Shown: piece after piece, positions 28,319-29,366 of the stretch | How the letters are laid out: every line of letters begins with the position of its first letter | Position numbering within the stretch: the stretch's first letter is position 1 | Position numbers and translations under genes: made by a program | Source: an uncultured Oligoflexus sp. | GTDB lineage: Bacteria > Bdellovibrionota_B > Oligoflexia > Oligoflexales > Oligoflexaceae | Direction of reading: 5' to 3' | DNA: 29,366 nt | Assembly (NCBI GenBank): GCA_964236955.1 | Contig: CAXSGP010000058.1 | Span: 1-29,366 of the forward strand | The notes under the pieces: generated by a model | What the model saw: the letters and a program-made list of their open reading frames with translations, nothing else | The model's database searches: none | What the model was told of the DNA's origin: nothing

Positions 28319-28640
28319 AGCTAGACCTTTATTGCTTATTTACATTTTTATTTGCTTCAGCACAGCCCTGGCAAAAGAAACCGAAAAATACCTACTAATT
28401 TTCAATAATATTCTTTATTATCAATAGCTTAACCACCACCTTCCCGTTATACCTGAGGGTATTTGCTGGCGTTTTTTGAGACGTTTCCTCTATTTTAAGG
28501 TATTGCCCGCAAGGCTGGTACCCCCCGAAAAAGGGTCTTGCTATAAATACGTTCTGCGACATCCGCACTTATTCAGAACCTGGCCAGAAGTCGCTATGGT
28601 CTCATTATGAAATAACCTTCCCCAACTCAAGGAAATCAAT

Positions 28641-29072
28641 ATGAAACACCTTATTTTCGGCTTGGGTCTTGCCGCTAGTTCGTCAGCAGTTTCCGCTTCC
28701 GACGCTGATAAGACACCACAGTTTTTCTTTCGCTGCGAAAGCCAAGGGATGGATTTTTCAGAAGGCAGTTGGATGAAGAGCCTGGGTGAAGGTAAATATA
28801 GTTTGGTTTTGAAAGAAATTTCGGCATCAAACCTTAAAGATAATTGTGTGTTCACACTACTAGAGGGTGATCATGGGGAAATGATCGACCTTGTCCCTAT
28901 GCTCCCGCTTTCAGAAGCAGCGATTCCTGGCCATGTTTATCCCGCTGGTAGCAGCCCTAGCCATGAGAGTTTTGAAGTGAATTTTCAAAGTCCAGGCTTT
29001 TATTCTGTCTACTTTGATCGGAACAGCCGGAGTTTCCTCATCGTCGATCGCATTCATGCGGTCGATCTCTAA
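28641..29072 (+). CDS. Small secreted protein, possibly a carbohydrate-binding beta-sandwich
   Basis: SD AAGGA and signal peptide MKHLIFGLGLAASSSAVSA. The pattern FFFR...MKSLGEGKYSL...PGFYSVYFD recalls starch-binding X25/SusE-like modules (weak). Confidence 0.7.
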   Translation: MKHLIFGLGLAASSSAVSASDADKTPQFFFRCESQGMDFSEGSWMKSLGEGKYSLVLKEISASNLKDNCVFTLLEGDHGEMIDLVPMLPLSEAAIPGHVYPAGSSPSHESFEVNFQSPGFYSVYFDRNSRSFLIVDRIHAVDL

Positions 29073-29316
29073 GGCGGTTTCATGGCTGGCCATCGGTATC
29101 GCGTTCCCAGCCATACTTGCCGATATCGTCGATCAGCAGAGGGAACCGCATAAAAAAATTAATTCGCACATCAAAGCCAGGCTCTTAGAAAATGCCATTG
29201 TCTAGAAAATTCCAATGTTTAATAGGGGAACCTTCGGCTAGCAGTCTCTCCTCTCCCCTCCGCCACCCCCGATTTGAAATAAAAGCCCCGCATCCCAAAA
29301 AATACCCATCGGCTTA

Positions 29317-29366
29317 GGGGCTGTTGACGTTTGAGATAAGTGATTGAAAAGTACAGGCAAACTCGT
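29317..29366 (+). mobile_element. Probable left end of an IS5-family insertion sequence
   Basis: TA followed by GGGGCTGTTGACGTTT, which resembles IS5-family terminal inverted repeats. The transposase and the second IR would lie outside the window. Confidence 0.4.

Noticed and set aside
1280..29205. Numerous short antisense or overlapping ORFs in the supplied track
   Set aside because: They are shadows of well-supported genes, with no SD or motifs.

Overview
A ~50% GC bacterial chromosomal segment. Gene content and style suggest Bdellovibrionota/Oligoflexia (inference only). The left part encodes secreted or lipoprotein glycan-active proteins (a GH18 chitinase-like lipoprotein truncated at the left edge, a CE4-like polysaccharide deacetylase, a ricin-B lectin lipoprotein, an alpha/beta hydrolase), plus Cdd1-type HhH, DUF2238, 2H phosphoesterase, DUF4197, YchJ and YkgJ-like proteins. 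The middle holds a three-gene two-component cluster, a Crp/Fnr regulator and a beta-carbonic anhydrase. The right part is an F5-like chemosensory operon: cheA(Hpt-HATPase-CheW-CheW-REC), cheW, a soluble triple-PAS MCP, cheB, orfX, cheR and a stand-alone Hpt gene. It is followed by an outer-membrane beta-barrel gene, a small secreted protein gene and a probable IS end at the right edge. Three observations stand out. (1) The che operon has no cheY and no CheA P2 domain, but carries an unannotated MshEN-like/pseudo-Hpt protein and a free Hpt. (2) Sigma-28 (FliA)-like promoters with identical spacing sit upstream of cheA, the lectin lipoprotein and the chitinase. (3) Several Che proteins end in AA/AS/GA, resembling ClpXP degrons. 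No rRNA, intact tRNA or CRISPR array was seen.
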